A DNA stretch of 64,000 nucleotides from the human T2T-CHM13v2.0 reference genome, Homo sapiens: assembly GCF_009914755.1 (NCBI RefSeq), contig NC_060930.1. The stretch is one strand, 5' to 3'. Numbering within the stretch: position 1 is the first letter of the stretch; every line of letters starts with the position of its first letter. The notes below the pieces were generated by a model. It worked only from the letters and a program-made list of their open reading frames with translations, was not told the origin of the DNA and did not search any database. Of the stretch, positions 34,891-49,095 are shown in pieces. The translations under genes were made by a program, and so were the position numbers.

Positions 34891-35744
34891 CCTCTCCCAT
34901 CTGTGCAGGTCAAGAAGTCAAAGTCTGCAGCTCTGCAAGTGTATTGGATTTCTGGATAAAATAAGCCTGACATATTATTGACTTTCTTAGTGGAGAAAAC
35001 CCTTCTCTCCCTTTACATTGGTGAATTCTTGTACTCTGCAATTAACGTGTGTGCCAGTTCTCAGTAAGCACTCAGCATTGCAGAATGAAGTGTGTTGTTC
35101 CAGGCAGAAGGCCCATCAGAGTCCTGGGCTTCCCATGGATGCAGGCTCTCTGATGTAGACGTTCATCCCTTTGCTCAGCCTCTGTCCCAGGCAGCCAGCC
35201 AGTGTCTTACACTTCTTCTCAGTAGTAATTATGAGGTAGCATCCTTAGAGGAAGTGGTGGAAGTCACTTTCAATGGTGGTAATGGTCATCTTCCTCTTTC
35301 CTTTTCATCTCCTTGCTGCTCCTCATCTATTTGGCATTAAAAATAGTATTTACATTTAAAGAGGAGATATTATGACATTTGTGTCTATCTCTGCTTATTG
35401 GCTGCCTCAGCAAGAGGGGGACTGACCTTCCCGAGGTGCATACCAAGGTTAACATTCCTAGAGCTTCAGGCATTTTGGTCATTTAATGGACACTCTTCCC
35501 ATTCATCAGGTCAACAGGATTCCTGTTAACATTAAACGTACCTCAGGTGGGGGAAAGAATGCTTCTGAGTAGATGACAGAAGGAAATCTCCCCTAATTCT
35601 TGTTAGACTAATAAATATTCCTTTTTCATACAGTGTTGAAACTTGGAGATCCTTAGAGATGACCAGAATGAGGCTCTCATGTGAAGGGTAAGGAAACTGG
35701 TGTTCAAAGAGGTTGAAGGACTTGGTCAAAGAACATAAACGGTG

Positions 35745-36348
35745 GTCCTCCAGATTCACTGTCTACCCTCCACTCTGCTCTCAGCCCAGGAAACTGATCC
35801 ATCAAGGCTGTATCAATAGACACCCTCACTCCCTGGCTTGCCCAAAGGGAGCTCTGGCAGGAGATGAGAACAAAGAGCAGGATGAGGTTAGTTTTTTATT
35901 TCCTTGGCTCTCTCCCTGCAATGTTGCCTTGAATTGACTGTATCCCTCCACCAAAGGCACAGTTTCTTCTGAGGGGCCCACTAGACAGACTTTCCTCCTG
36001 GGTTCCAGTAACTGCTCCCTCCCCCATCCCTTTGGGTCTAGAGCTGGTGACTGCTTCACTGTTACTCACCCTGGATTTTTGCATGATCCCTTGTGATTCC
36101 CCTGTCCTTAGAGAAATCATGTAACTTATTATCCAAGCTGGGGCACCCTTGAGAATAAAGGTAGGGTTATTAATTATTACACCAGGATAATAGGTAGAAA
36201 CCACCCTGTCCTGTGCAACTGGGACTGATGGTCACCCTACCCACACCCACTCACATCTTTGTAAACAGTCCCCTTGTAAATAAACTCTCCTGGAATTCGT
36301 CTGATTTGGGTGTGCCATTGATTCCCTGTTGAACCTTGATGAAAGCAC
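35745..36348 (+). mobile_element. LTR16-like ERVL LTR interrupted by a hAT-Blackjack MITE (MER81/MER94-like, about 36108-36240)
   Basis: gtaaataaactctcctgg...gggtgtgccatt LTR end; atggtcacccta terminal inverted repeat. Confidence 0.55.
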
Positions 36349-36844
36349 AGCTCTAAAATCTACCTCTTATCGTTTTCAAACCCATTCTTTTTCCATCATT
36401 TGATTTAGAAACTAGTAGTCATTTGCATAACTACTAGTATAAAATGAAACAATATTGTTATTGACATGTGGTATTTTCCAAAGTGTGACACAAAACATAA
36501 TTTTAGGTTATATGCTGATCAATATCTATTATGTTAAGTTATATGTCATTAGGGTGTGTTAGAAAAAAATAGAATGGCACACAACACCCATGATTTCATG
36601 TATGGTACATCTTTGCTTAGGACAAAGGCAAAGCAGAAATTAATTTTATTAAGTAAGTTGATTTGAAGAAAGATATTGAGTCTACAGTAAAGTAGATTGT
36701 ATTGAAATGGTTTTAAAGTACTCACAGTGTCTGGGAAGCACACTACTAGAGTTACTTAACCCTGGGATACTATGCTTAGAGGTCACAGTGGTTCTTCTTT
36801 CTAGTGTGCCAGCCTCCCCTGTGATCTCATTATTAGTCTTTTTT

Positions 36845-37500
36845 TAAAAAAAATATTTTTATTGTAGCAAAATATACATAATATAAAATTTACCTTTTTA
36901 ACTATTTTCAAGTGTACAATTCAGTAGCATTAGGCACTTTCACATTGTTGTGCAACCATCACCACTATCCATTTCCAGGACTTGATTTCATCACCCCAAA
37001 TGGAAATAACTAAGCAGTTACTGCCCATCGCCTCCTCCCCTACATCTGGGTAATCACCACTCTACTTTGTCTCTCTATCAATTTGACTCCTGTAAGTACC
37101 TCATATTGTACCTCATTTAAGTGTAATCATGCCTTATTTGTACTTTTGTAATTGGTTTATTTCACCTAGCGTAATATGTTCAAGGTTCATCCATGTTCTA
37201 GCATGTATCACAATTTTACTCCTCTTTAAGGCTGAATAATATTCCATTGTATGGATATACCACACCTTGTTTATCCATTCTTCTGTTGATGGACATTTGG
37301 CTTGTTTCCACCTTTTGGCTATTGTGAACAATGCTGCTATGAATGTGGGTGTACAAATATATGTTCAAGTCCCTGCATCCAATTCTTTTCATATATATCC
37401 AGAAGTGGAATTGCTGGATCCCATGGTAATTCCATGTGCAATTTTTTTTGAGGAACCATCATCCTGTTTTCTACAGCAGCTGCATCATTTTACCTTTTAT
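36845..37500 (-). mobile_element. L1MB 3' fragment
   Basis: ORF2 C-terminal peptide FTIAKRWKQAKCPSTEEWINKVWYIHTMEYYSA. Confidence 0.85.
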
Positions 37501-39774
37501 TAGCCTTTGCGAGTTGAGATTGGTTATGTGGTGGCTACTGAAGAGTGTAGCTAGGACTGTGCAAACCCATCACTAAGGGAAGGTAATTGAAAATACAGTC
37601 ACTGACAGTGGGTCAGAAGCGTCTCTCCTAACAAGGGGTAGTACATTCCAGAGTAAAAAAGACACTTGCATGAGGGTGTATGTGTGTGTGTGTTTTTATT
37701 GTTACCCGGGCTTAGGCAATATTTTGAGATATTATATCTGCTTGTGATTTACTTTCTCATTTCCTTATATACAACATGTTACTTTCATCTTCTCCCAAGA
37801 GTTCCTTTGAACTACATGTATTTTCTGTATTTTTGTTCTCATTTCATCATTTTCACACACACCCAAATTTCTCAAACATAATTTTCACTTCCGTTTCTTA
37901 AGCCAAATGCCTTGCTTGCAAATACTCTGCTGTTTATCCACCAACTTAAACTCCTGAGGGCAGGCAGGGCTTCTGCCTCTTTAGGACTGGGACTGATCTG
38001 CCTTGTTCCAGTGCTCAGCACAGCCTGGGCACATACAGTATGGATGTACACAAAAGAATCAGTCTTTGATTTCTTGCATGAATGGCTGACACAAAGTAGG
38101 ACCACAAAATAGGTCTGTTAAATAAAAGAACAGCTCACCCAATACCTTTAGCTCAATAAATGGAGAGATGATCAGATGCTACTGATAGCTGTGTAATTTT
38201 GAGGAAAGTACCCATCTACAGTGTCCTCAACTCTACAGAAAGGTAATATCCAATCCTGTATTTTGCTCTTAGAGATGGTGAGAGAATTTATATAGAATAC
38301 CTGATATGAATGGAATGCCCTGAGGTTATTGGAAGAGGAAGGATCTATTTTCAGAAAAGACAGAATCTAGTAAGAATACTATGTTGGAGAAAGGAAATAT
38401 TGCTTTGGCAAATCATGTATTTTACATTAAAGTGACATCATGTACGTAAAAGACTCAGTCTAGTCTCTGGCACAAAACAAGCACTTGGTAAATGATTGCT
38501 ATAATTTTTAGAGATTATTTTGCAAAATTCCACTCTTATTAGGCAATAAATTCAAGAATTGATTTGTCATCATTTTATTGAAATGGAGTGTGATGGCCTA
38601 TTTGGAGTGTTATGTACTCATTGTATTATGTCATATTTATACATAACCACATAAAAATAAATAACTCACGTGGATAAATAGGTGTAGGATTTGTGTAGGG
38701 CAAGGGGGATGGGGCTTGCTATGGAAGATGCAGCAGTGGGATGTTAAAGAAGACAACGGGTTGAGAAATAACCCATTCAGGAAACTTGACTTATTTGCAT
38801 TCTGAGGTTTTTTAAATTATAAAAATAAAATTTCTTGTTATAAAAGCACCGTCTGTCTAATACAGAAGAATTAAAAAATACAGATGAATAAAGAAAAAAG
38901 GGAAATACTGTGCCCAAAATCCCATGATAGTGGACAGCTGTTGATTTCACCTTTCCCCTGCCCCACTCCCTGGGGCACTGTGGCTCTTCTACTGCATGCG
39001 GTCTCGGTCTTGCTGCAACACCAATCACAGTGACCTAGTCTGGGCCAATCCAGACTCTCTCTCTTGGAGATCTGAATCTGAGGGGGTTGAAAGCAGAAGG
39101 ACAGACACACACACACACACACACAGACACACACACTAGATTGAGTTGACTTTTACCAATGGCATAGCTTAACAGAGATTGTCCTCTTATTTCTATTACC
39201 TGGATTCCAGATCCATCTGGTTTCTATCAGACCAAAGCCTGGTTGTTCAGCTTGTCTTTCCTTTCTCTAACTTACTCCAGCTTCTTCCAGTAGTCTTCCC
39301 TTCCCGCCAAGTTTGCCAGAGTTGGTTTCTATTGATTTCTAGCTGGTGTGTTCACCTAGAGACGATTACTGTTAACACTTTGGTTTAGATATTTCCACTC
39401 TTGCTTCCTATGGATTAGTTAATGTTATTAGCAAAAGGTATTCACACATGATACTAAATTTCATCTCATGTCAGTAAATAGAATTTCATCTCTCTCTTCT
39501 TAATGGTTGCATGACGTTCCATCATATGGGCCGTGTCAAAATACAACCAATCTCCTGTGGGACACTTAGGTTGCACTCAGCTCTTCAGTATTAGAAATAG
39601 CTAAAACCTTGCATACATTTGTGGTCATTTTAGGATAAATTCTAAGACATGTAATTGTTGAGGTGAAGGGTAGGGACATTTTAGAGGCTTTAGATAAAAG
39701 CTGTCAAATCTTTCTGGAGGTCTGTTTTCTATCACGGTGTACTCCATTGACTAATACTATAAAGGCAATGATTA

Positions 39775-40178
39775 CAGTCATGCATTGCTTAATGACAGGG
39801 CTATGTTCTGAGAAATGCATCTGAGAAATGCACCATTAGGCGATTTCATCATTGTGTGAGCATCATAGGGTGTACTTACACAAACCTACATGGTATAGCC
39901 TAATACACAGCTAGGCTATTTGGTATAGTCTGTTGTTTCTAGGCTATGAACCTGTATAGCATGTTCCTGTACTGAATACTGTAGGCAATTATAACACAAT
40001 GGTAAGTATTGGTGTATCTAAATATATCTAAACATAAAAAGGTACAATCAAAATATGTCATAAAAGATAAAAAATGATGTACTTGTATAGGGCAGCTCCA
40101 TTATAATCTTATGAGGCCACCATTGTATATGTGGTTTGTCATTGACTGAAACTTTGTTATATAGTCTGTTACTGACTG
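39775..40178. mobile_element. Tigger3/MER7-like DNA transposon
   Basis: TA-cagtcatgc ... tgactg-TA termini; gttctgagaaatgcatc. Confidence 0.85.
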
Positions 40179-40358
40179 TATGTCCATTTTTATCATTGTG
40201 CTCTCAGCACAGTGCCTGGTGCACAGTAAGCACTCATGTTTGTTTACTGAATAATTAACATTCATTGTGTACTTTCTATGTGCCGGAAACTGGTATGTGT
40301 ATTCATCAATGATTGCAATGCTTATTTACAAAGAAGTTAAATAACTCACCTAGACTCC

Positions 40359-40701
40359 TTATCTAAGCCCATTTGGGTTGCTGTAACAAATTATCATAGA
40401 CTGGGTGGCTTTAACAACAAACCTTTATTTTTCACGGTTCTGGAGGCTGGGAAGCCTAAGATGAAGGTGTCAGCAGATCTGGTGTCTGGTGAGGAGCCAT
40501 TTCCTGGCTTGCAGGTGGCCAGCTTCACATTATTTCCTCACGCGGAGGAGGGAGGAATCATCCCTCTTGTGTTTCTTCTTATAGGACACTAATTCCATTC
40601 CACCCTCATGACCTCCCAGAAGTCCCACCTCCTGATGCCATCACATTAGGGGTTAGGATTTCAACATATGAATTTGGGGCGGGACACATTCTGTCCATTA
40701 C
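40359..40701 (-). mobile_element. MLT1A-like LTR inserted in a MIR
   Basis: catagactgggtggcttt...tcaacatatgaatttgggg. Confidence 0.85.
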
Positions 40702-41468
40702 AGCCCTGCTAAGAAGTGCCAGAGCAGGGATTGGGTGCTGCCAGTCCAGATCCAGAGTCCACACTCCTGACCAGGAAGCTTTTCCATAACTGACCGAATG
40801 CATGACCCTTTACAGATCAGTTTACATGTAACTTCCTCAGGGATGGTTTTCCTGGCTCCTTAACTAGGTTTGATCTTTCTCTTATGTGCTACTTAACACC
40901 TGTACTTCTCTTGTACAGCTATTTATTTAATGTCTCCCTTCTCCATTCTAGGACCCATGAAAGTGGGAACTGTGCATATCTTGTTCACAGCTGCATTTCT
41001 AGCACCTAGACCAAAGTCTGGCTGTGCTCAAGTACTTACTGCAGAGTTACAGGAACATCAATGCCAACTGCAGTCAGCTTATTTCTCTGATGTTCAGATG
41101 GCGTGTTCAGATGGCCTGATGTCCAGATGGCCTTTCAAGAGTGGAGTGCTAATATTAATTTCTATTTGAGGTAATGAACAAAAGACAACCAGAGGGGTCA
41201 CAAACTCCGGGCACTGAGCAACAATGTGAGCACCTATCCTCAATCTCTGCTGGGATTTAAGAAGCAACGTGCCAGACAATAAGATACAAAAATGTACTAT
41301 GTCTATGTAATACGAACTTTTTGAACAAATATGTGAATATGTAATACTTCTATGCACAAAAAACAATATCAAATATAAAAAGCACAATTGTTTACTAGAG
41401 TTCAAGAGCACAACCGCAATTGTAGTGGAAGATTTTGATATACTTCTCAAAAAGTCTTTGACAGATCA

Positions 41469-42566
41469 CAATAAGATATCATCTCATACCAATTGGGATG
41501 GCTACTGTGTAAACATTCAGACAGAAAATATCAACTGTTGGCAAGGATATGAAGAAATTAGAGCCCTTGTGCATGGTTGGTAGGAATGTTAAATGGTACA
41601 GCCTCTATGGAAAACATTGTGGTGGTTCCTCAAAAAATTAAAAATAAAATTATTATATGATCCAGCAATTCTACCTCTGGGTATATACTCAAAAGAATTG
41701 AAAGCAGGGACTTGAACAGATATTTGTATACTCAACTCATGTTTATAGCAACATTACTCACAGTAGCCAAAAGGTGGAAGCAACTCAAATGTCCACCAAT
41801 GATGAATGGATACATTAAAATGTGGTTGATAGATACAATGGAATATTATTCAGCCTTAACAAGGAAGGAAATTCTGACACATGCTATGACATGGATCAAC
41901 CTTGAGGACATTATGCTAAATGAAGGAAGCCAGTCGCAAAAGGACAAAATATTCCATGATTTTACTTACATGAAGTTCAGGCATACCTTGTTTTATTGTG
42001 CTTCACTTTATTGCACTTTGCAGATACTGCCTTTTTCTTTTTGAAATAAATTGAAGCTTTGTGGCAACTCTGCATTGAGCAAGTCTGTGCTCACTTTGTG
42101 TCTCTGTGTCAGCAGTTTTTAGCAATAAATTATTTTTTAATCAAAGTATGTACTTTTTTTAGACAGTGCTACTGCCCACTTACAGTATAGTGTAAACCTA
42201 ACTTTTATATGCCCTGGAAAACCAAAAATTTCGTGTGACTCACTTTATTACATATTTGCTTCATTGTGATGGTCTGAAACTGAACCTACAATATCTCTGA
42301 GTTATGCTTGTACCTAGAATAGTCAAATTCCTAGAGATAGAGAGCAGAATGAATGGCGGTTGCCAGAGACTGAAGAGAGGGGAAGATGGGGAATTATAAT
42401 TTAATGATAGAGTTCCAGTTTTGCAAGATGGAAAAAGTTCTGTGATGGATGGGGTCATGGTAGCACAGTTATGTGAATGTACTTGATGCCACTGAACTGT
42501 ACACTTAAAAATGGTTAAGATGGTAAATTTTATGTTATGTGTATTTTACCACAATTACAATTTCTT
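41469..42566 (+). mobile_element. L1MB 3' fragment split by Tigger2, inside an older L1M
   Basis: TSD-like gtctttgacagatca at about 41454 and 42573; ORF2 C-terminal peptide. Confidence 0.85.
41978..42310. mobile_element. Tigger2/MER28-like DNA transposon
   Basis: caggcataccttg ... gagttatgcttg-TA termini. Confidence 0.8.
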
Positions 42567-44552
42567 AAAAAGGTCTTTGACAGATCAAGTTAGATTTTTT
42601 AAAAAGAATTTAGGGGATTTGAATAAAATAATTGATAAACTTGTTAACTAGCCATAATGGAAAACTGTATGAAAAATGGTAGGCCTATACTTTTTTAATG
42701 TCTTAAAAAAGTTCAAAAATTTTAAGCATTACAGTGGAGGGAACGGGATGAAAACAAATGACATGTGGAACTGTGTTGTATTTAGAATAAGACAGAGCCT
42801 CCCTAGAAGTGACACAAAACACCCTAAAATTACAAAGTCAAAATGCTTAAAAAATTTGATCGTACAATAGACTACAAACTTTTAATAAATTCTCCTAAAT
42901 GTAAGCTGTTCAGGCTATATTCTTTGACACCATGTAATATCACTAGGAACTAATGACACCCGAGATGATAATTTTTTTGTCTCTTAAATTGTCAAAAACA
43001 AAACAAAAAGAATATGCACTTGGTATTGATGAAGGCATTTTCAATACTCCTCTGGCATCCCCCAGGATGAGACCAAGCCTCTGGGCTGGTGGAGCTCCTC
43101 TCTGTGTGTCTAACCTAAGTTTAGATGGCACATACATTTTTTTTTTTGGTGGGTGGCCAATGGTTGATACTCAGATAATAACTGGTGAGGTGAGAATAAT
43201 AAAAAATAGGCAGAGGGAGGTGGGGGAAAGGAGTAAATCATTGAAGAAGAACTTTGAAGACGGGAAGGAAAACAATTTAAAGGAATAAGAGAACACTTCC
43301 CAGGCAGGAGGGACAGCTTACATAAGGAAGGGACTAGTGGCGAGAGCTGAAGTGAAGCAGAGAACGTCATTCTTAAAGGTCGCAGAGCTCTGATTCCATT
43401 TGTGTTCATCATAGCCATCAGGTGTAGCAGGACATGTAAGCTTGTAAAGTGAATCAAAATTAATTCCATTTTGACTTTGTAATTTTTAGAGTGTTTTGTG
43501 TCACTTCTGCAGAGGCTCCGTCTTATTCTAAATAGAACACAGTTCCACGAATCTTTTGTTTTGGTCCTGTTCCCTCCACTGTACCACGAGGTCTCTTTGC
43601 TTCTTTATCTCTCTGATTCTCCTGGTAAACTCTGCACATGGTGGGCACTAGATAATGTAGCCCACTGTACATTTTCTCCCCCAAACAGTCTTAACATGGT
43701 ATAAAATGCAGTGAATGTCTTCTTACTTTGAAAAGTATGAAGTGCTACTATGCAAAAGTGGGATATTCATTTGTCACTATTACCATAAGAAAAAGCGTCT
43801 ATGAAATCACGCCTAAGGGCTTTTGTCCAAGAGCCTTGTATCATGTCAAGGAGGAGCTTCACTTTTCAAGTCTTTAAAATCAAAGGATAATGGCCTCAAA
43901 TCCTGGTTTTCTTGGGGGTGGCAAAGAAGATATGAAAACTCCCTAATAAATCCAAAGATTTTCTACTTGGTTCTGGACTGCTTTCTACTAACCCTGCTTG
44001 TGTGGGTGCTGTTATAGACCCTCTCCCTTGGGGAGGAGGTAGGGGAGCATATACATCCCCACATCCCCAACTCTCAAGAGAAAAACATACGACTCCCAGA
44101 AATGGACTTGCTCACTAACAAAGTCACAGTTCTATTCTGTGATAGTGTCAACGCCGCACATTTTTAACCCAGATGGAAAATACAAAGACCAAATATGCGC
44201 CCTTAACTGTGCCTATGCTTCCCTTAGACCTTTTGTCTGGCTTGTCTGCTTAGCTATGTTGAATGGGGTTCTCTTCTCTGGTCACTTCTCTACTTACTTC
44301 TTCAAGCAGGATTCCTCTTGTGATCAGTGCCCATCTCCCGATGATCTTTCTTTCTCTCTCAGAACAGCTGCTGATGTTCAGGTGCTGATATCAGGGGCTG
44401 ACCCCTGATTTATACCCAGCCTGTCCCTGGTCATAGCTGATTGATTGGGGATGGACCCCTGACCCAAACTGGACAATCAGATTTTCTCTCCTGAGACTTT
44501 GAAATGTGACAAATACAGACAGGGACTCAAAGCTATTGGAGCCAAGTTACAG

Positions 44553-45103
44553 TGTCGTAGTTGGAATGTCTAACCCTATCCCCTACCTGTGATATGGTGA
44601 GATGATGAGAGATTATTCCCCTGATTGTGTTACACGGCACAGTTGGCCTTAAAATCAGGAGATAATCTGGGTGAGCCTGATCTATCATTTGGGTCCTTGA
44701 AAACATCAGAAGTCAGAGAGATTTGGAGCATGGGCAGAATTCGGCACACCATTGCTGACCAGAAGATGGAGGTGCCATGTGAGAGGAAACTGCAGTTGCC
44801 TCTAGGAGCTGATGGAGGCCCCCAGCTGGTGAGCAAGCAAGAACCTCATTCCTATAATTGCAAGACAATGGATTCAGCCAGCAACCTGAATGAGCCTGAA
44901 ATGAATTCTTCCCCAGAGCTTCCAGATAAGAGCCTGGCATGGCTGACACCTTGATTTTGGCCTTGGGAGACACCTGAGCTAAGAACTCCGTTGACCCATG
45001 CCAGATTTCTGACCTACAGAACTGTGAGCTAATACGCTTCTGCTGCTTTTAGCCACTGTATTTCTGGTAGTTTTTTATGACAGCAGTATAAAACGAAAAC
45101 ACA
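44553..45103 (+). mobile_element. MLT1D/E-like LTR
   Basis: gcctctaggagctg...ctgacctacagaactgtgagctaat. Confidence 0.8.
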
Positions 45104-45175
45104 GGACAATGGCAATGCATTTGGAGAGGGCAGTGACCTTTTCTAGCTGAGGGCGTCAGGACCCCTTCCCCCACA

Positions 45176-45345
45176 TTCCTTCCTCCCTTCCTCCCTCCCT
45201 CCCTCCCTCCCTTCCTTCCTTCTTTCCTTCCTTCCTTCCTTCCTTCCTTCCTTCTTTCCTTCCTTCCTTCTTTCCTTCCTTCCTTCTTTCCTTCCTTCCT
45301 TCCTCCCTTCTTTCCTTCCTTCCTTCCTCCTTTCTTTCCTTCCTT
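45176..45345. repeat. (CTTC)n / (GGAA)n polypyrimidine microsatellite
   Basis: Direct reading. Confidence 0.97.
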
Positions 45346-48300
45346 CGCATTCTTCATTTGGTTCTGTGAGCTGTGCAAGCATCTTACAATAAAATTCCCT
45401 CTTCCTGCTTAAGCCAGCAGATTTTTTTCTGTTGCTTATAACCAAAAGAGCCTTAACATAAGGAACTGTGGACTTGCATGACCTGTGACATCAAGTACCA
45501 CAGTGTAATTCTGGTACTCGAAAATGTGGCTCTGTGAAGACTTTTGAGAGATTCAGTGAATTTTGGAAGGTCCTAGAACCTTAAATGGAGTAAAGATTAT
45601 TGAAAAATATCTACTTTCTTGTTGACTACTTAAAATTACATTTGAAGGTACTATTTAGACATGACGGAGGAGAATATCAACTTTGGTCTCCAGATATGCC
45701 TACCCACGTAAATCCACACTACATTGTGCATAAATAGAAATACTTTGCAATAGTCCTGTCCATTTGGTTAGGGCACAGCCTCTGAAGCTCCCTGGAAGCC
45801 TGAAGATGAGTTTACATTGGGTTAAAGCCAGGTCAAGCCAGAGCATGGTTGGCTGCTTCAGGCATTTGTGGGCCAGAGGCCCCATGAGAGTGTTCCTACC
45901 CCCACCTAGCTCCAGCTGGCTGCCCATACAATGGAGCACAGACCCCAGCAGGGACCCTGCCAACCTGGCTACTTGCCAGGCAGAGCGAGGGAGCAAAATG
46001 ACAGAGATGTCCAGGTGCAGACAGCTGGCTTGGCAGAGGAGGACCGACTGATTGACACAGAGGAAGAGGGAGGCAAGCCATGGGCACCGTCCAGATCCTG
46101 GGAATCCGCCTATGCCTAGACTCCCAGGCTGCAGCGAAGAGTCACCCTGCATCCTTCAGGGTCAGTCAGAGGAGACGATGGCATGGCCCGCCAGCTCCCT
46201 TTGCACTCTGCTGCCATAGGGTGGGACTGGGATTGAAGCAGATGTAGGGAAGGGAGAATGAGCAGAGGGAAGGTGCCTCCCTTTAACGCTTAAATGTAGC
46301 AAAGAAAGTCCCTCTGGGTTAGTGCTTGCTTGGAGATGAGAGCAAGCCTGAGGTCCATACGCCTTCTCTCCAGATGTTTCTGAGTATGCCACAGAGTATT
46401 ATAATCTTTTTCTCTAAAATAATATTCTTGGTGTGGAAAGCGTAACTCAGTTAGTTAGAGACAATGAAATACAGTCTTTTCTGGGTGGGGTCAGTGGAAA
46501 AAGAAAGAGGACAAGGCCAAGGAGGGGGAGAAAGGACTGTGTGTAGCTGCACCTAAGCAGGAAAAAAAAGCCACCGGGTCTTGGCCATTCTCCTGAAGGA
46601 GCAATTCTAAAAAGTAGAATGTACTTAGGTTTTGGGAGGGCTCTCCCTGGGGCACAGAAACAGAAAACCCGAGCACTTGTAGGAGGTTGATGCGCTGCCC
46701 TGTTACCCACCCAGTGCAGGTAGGAAGTTGCCGGCCGGGCCCGGGAACCTGAGGACCGCCTGCCTGATGTCAAGCTGCCAGCCAAGCCTCCTGCAATAAT
46801 TAGGTGGACTTGGATAGAACCCAGCAAATTGATCCTACTTGCCTGTCTTTCTACACTTGGGTTTTGATTTTTTTTTTCTTTTCCTCCAGCCAGTTTCTTT
46901 GGAGCTTATTGTGTCCGTTTATAGTATTTCTTCACAATGGGAAAGAAGTAATAAATTGGCTGGATTCCTAGCTGAAAGTCAATCTTGGTATTCCATTGAT
47001 AGGAAAACCTCTTATCTCCCCTCCTCTTTTCCCAAGAGAGTCTATATATTAGGCATTTTGCCATTTTCAGATCTTTCCCCAGGCTTTAAAGCAACTAGAT
47101 AACCATCTTTTAAGATAAAGGATACATTCTTTGATGGCTAGACCAGAGAATAAAATATTTGGGATTTTTATTTTTTTGCTTCTGTTCATCTACTTAGAGT
47201 CTTTCAACATTTACCTCCTCTAACATCAGTTCTTTTAAAAAATAGAGACCCTAATTCCAATCATTTTCTTCACAGTTCCAGAGGAGATTAATGTTTATGG
47301 ACTATATAGACTAATTTTTTCTTCCACCCCTCTACCAGCTCCACATACACATAAATATTTCCTGCTGTATCTGCTGTAGCCTGAACGTGCTCAGTCTGGC
47401 TTTAACCCTAGCATGTTTTGCTCCTTAAGGAAGAAAACAATTTCTTATTCACGGCCGACTTGGGTTGTCTCTTGCTCTCTGGTGCCTTTGATCTTTCAGC
47501 AGCCCTTCACTCTGCTGATCACAGCCTCCCCTTAATCATTTAAAAGGCTGAACGGGAGTTCTGACACCTGGTTCAACTCAGTGCTCTTAGATGCTTTCCC
47601 TGGGGATGCATCCCTCTGACCCACTGAGTCAAAGCTTTCATCAGCCCCAGGGGCTCTGCCAGGGAGCGGCTCTTCTTTCCTGCTCCAGCTCTGACACATT
47701 TGATTGAGAGCAACAACAGCAGGTATTTAGGGGGAGGTCTCTCAGGATCCCAGAAATGGTGATTATGAAATCGTTGTTTTTGGTATAGCATTTTAGAAAG
47801 ATTTTTAGTTATAAGGGAAATTAGTTTTGAAGTTGTTTTACAGATGGGGCAAGTGAAATGTTGGGAGTGGCTTGTCTCTGCTCTTGCTGAGGGAGGGGGC
47901 TAAGGCAGAAGTGTGTGAGGTTCAACATCCACTACTACACAAGGGAAGGGCCCTACCTCTCCCTGGCATCCTCCTCTGCCTGAAAAATGAATCACTCAGG
48001 GTGTGCTACTCCTGTCCATGTGTAGGGGAGCCCGTGAGGGTGTGGCACCACATTCCCCATGTTCCCAGGGCAGTGGATAAATGATGGGGAAGAACAGTTT
48101 CACCCCCAGCTTCTGCATCATGCCTGGTCCATTGCAGGCACTGAAGACATATTTATTGAATTAATTTGATTTAGAGCCTGACTCTCTCGTTGACTGAGTC
48201 CAAGATTCCTCATCTGTGAAAAGAGGCTATTTCTTGCCCTAGCTGCTTCACAGGGTGGCTGTTGAGGATAAATGTGAAAGTGCCTGGATCATAAAACACA

Positions 48301-48819
48301 TCACATGTTTAAGGCGGGTTTCTTGGGCATGGCTCTGTAAGGTCTCCATCCTTGTTGGCCAAATAGTGAACATCATATTTAAAGACAGTTTGTAAACTCT
48401 CCCTGAAACTGCTGAATCACACATGTGTAAGTTCACTTCCTCACTCTCTTTTTAGGTTGTCCTTTCATAACTGGTTTCTCTGCCAGAGGATGAGCTTGGA
48501 TGAGAGTCCAAATCACATACTTCCCGAGAATGTGGGAAGGTCTGCTTTTGTCTTTCTGCATTGCCTTTCCAAATTTCCTGCCCCTTTCAACTTTTTTTTT
48601 TTCTGAACCTAGACATATGTTTGGATGGCTGTAACATTATTATTTTTTATTGAGTTAAATGTGTCATGTGCTCAGTCTGGCTTTAACCCTAGCATGTTTT
48701 GGAAATTTAGGAAATTTTCTTATGAAATTTATTTCATGAATTAATAGGTGTAATCTGATAAAAGGAGTGCCTGGCACACAGCAAGTGCTTTAAGGGAGTT
48801 AGCATCTAGTTAGCTTCAA

Positions 48820-49095
48820 CTGACTATCGGTTGCTATCCTACTTAAATGTCTTCTTTTCAGAAAGGCCTTCTCTGATTACCCTATCTTCAAAGAGTATCC
48901 TTCATCCCTCTCTACTCTGCCCTGTTTTATTTTTTCTTAATAGCACATATCATTATGGTGTGTACTTTGTTACCTATTATCTGACTCCCTTATTAGGATC
49001 AAGCCTCTTGAGTGCAGGACTTTTGGATCTGTTTTGGCCACTTCTGTGTTCCTAATGCCCAGTACATAGTAGGTCCTCAATAAACATTTATTGCC
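48820..49095 (+). mobile_element. L2 3' fragment
   Basis: cagaaaggccttctctgattaccc...acatagtaggtcctcaataaacattt. Confidence 0.7.

Noticed and set aside
35400-35425. CTCF-like cagcaagaggggg
   Set aside because: Only a partial motif match.
45700-46827. 150-aa and 126-aa minus-strand ORFs as genes
   Set aside because: No recognisable domain or exon structure; lengths are compatible with chance.
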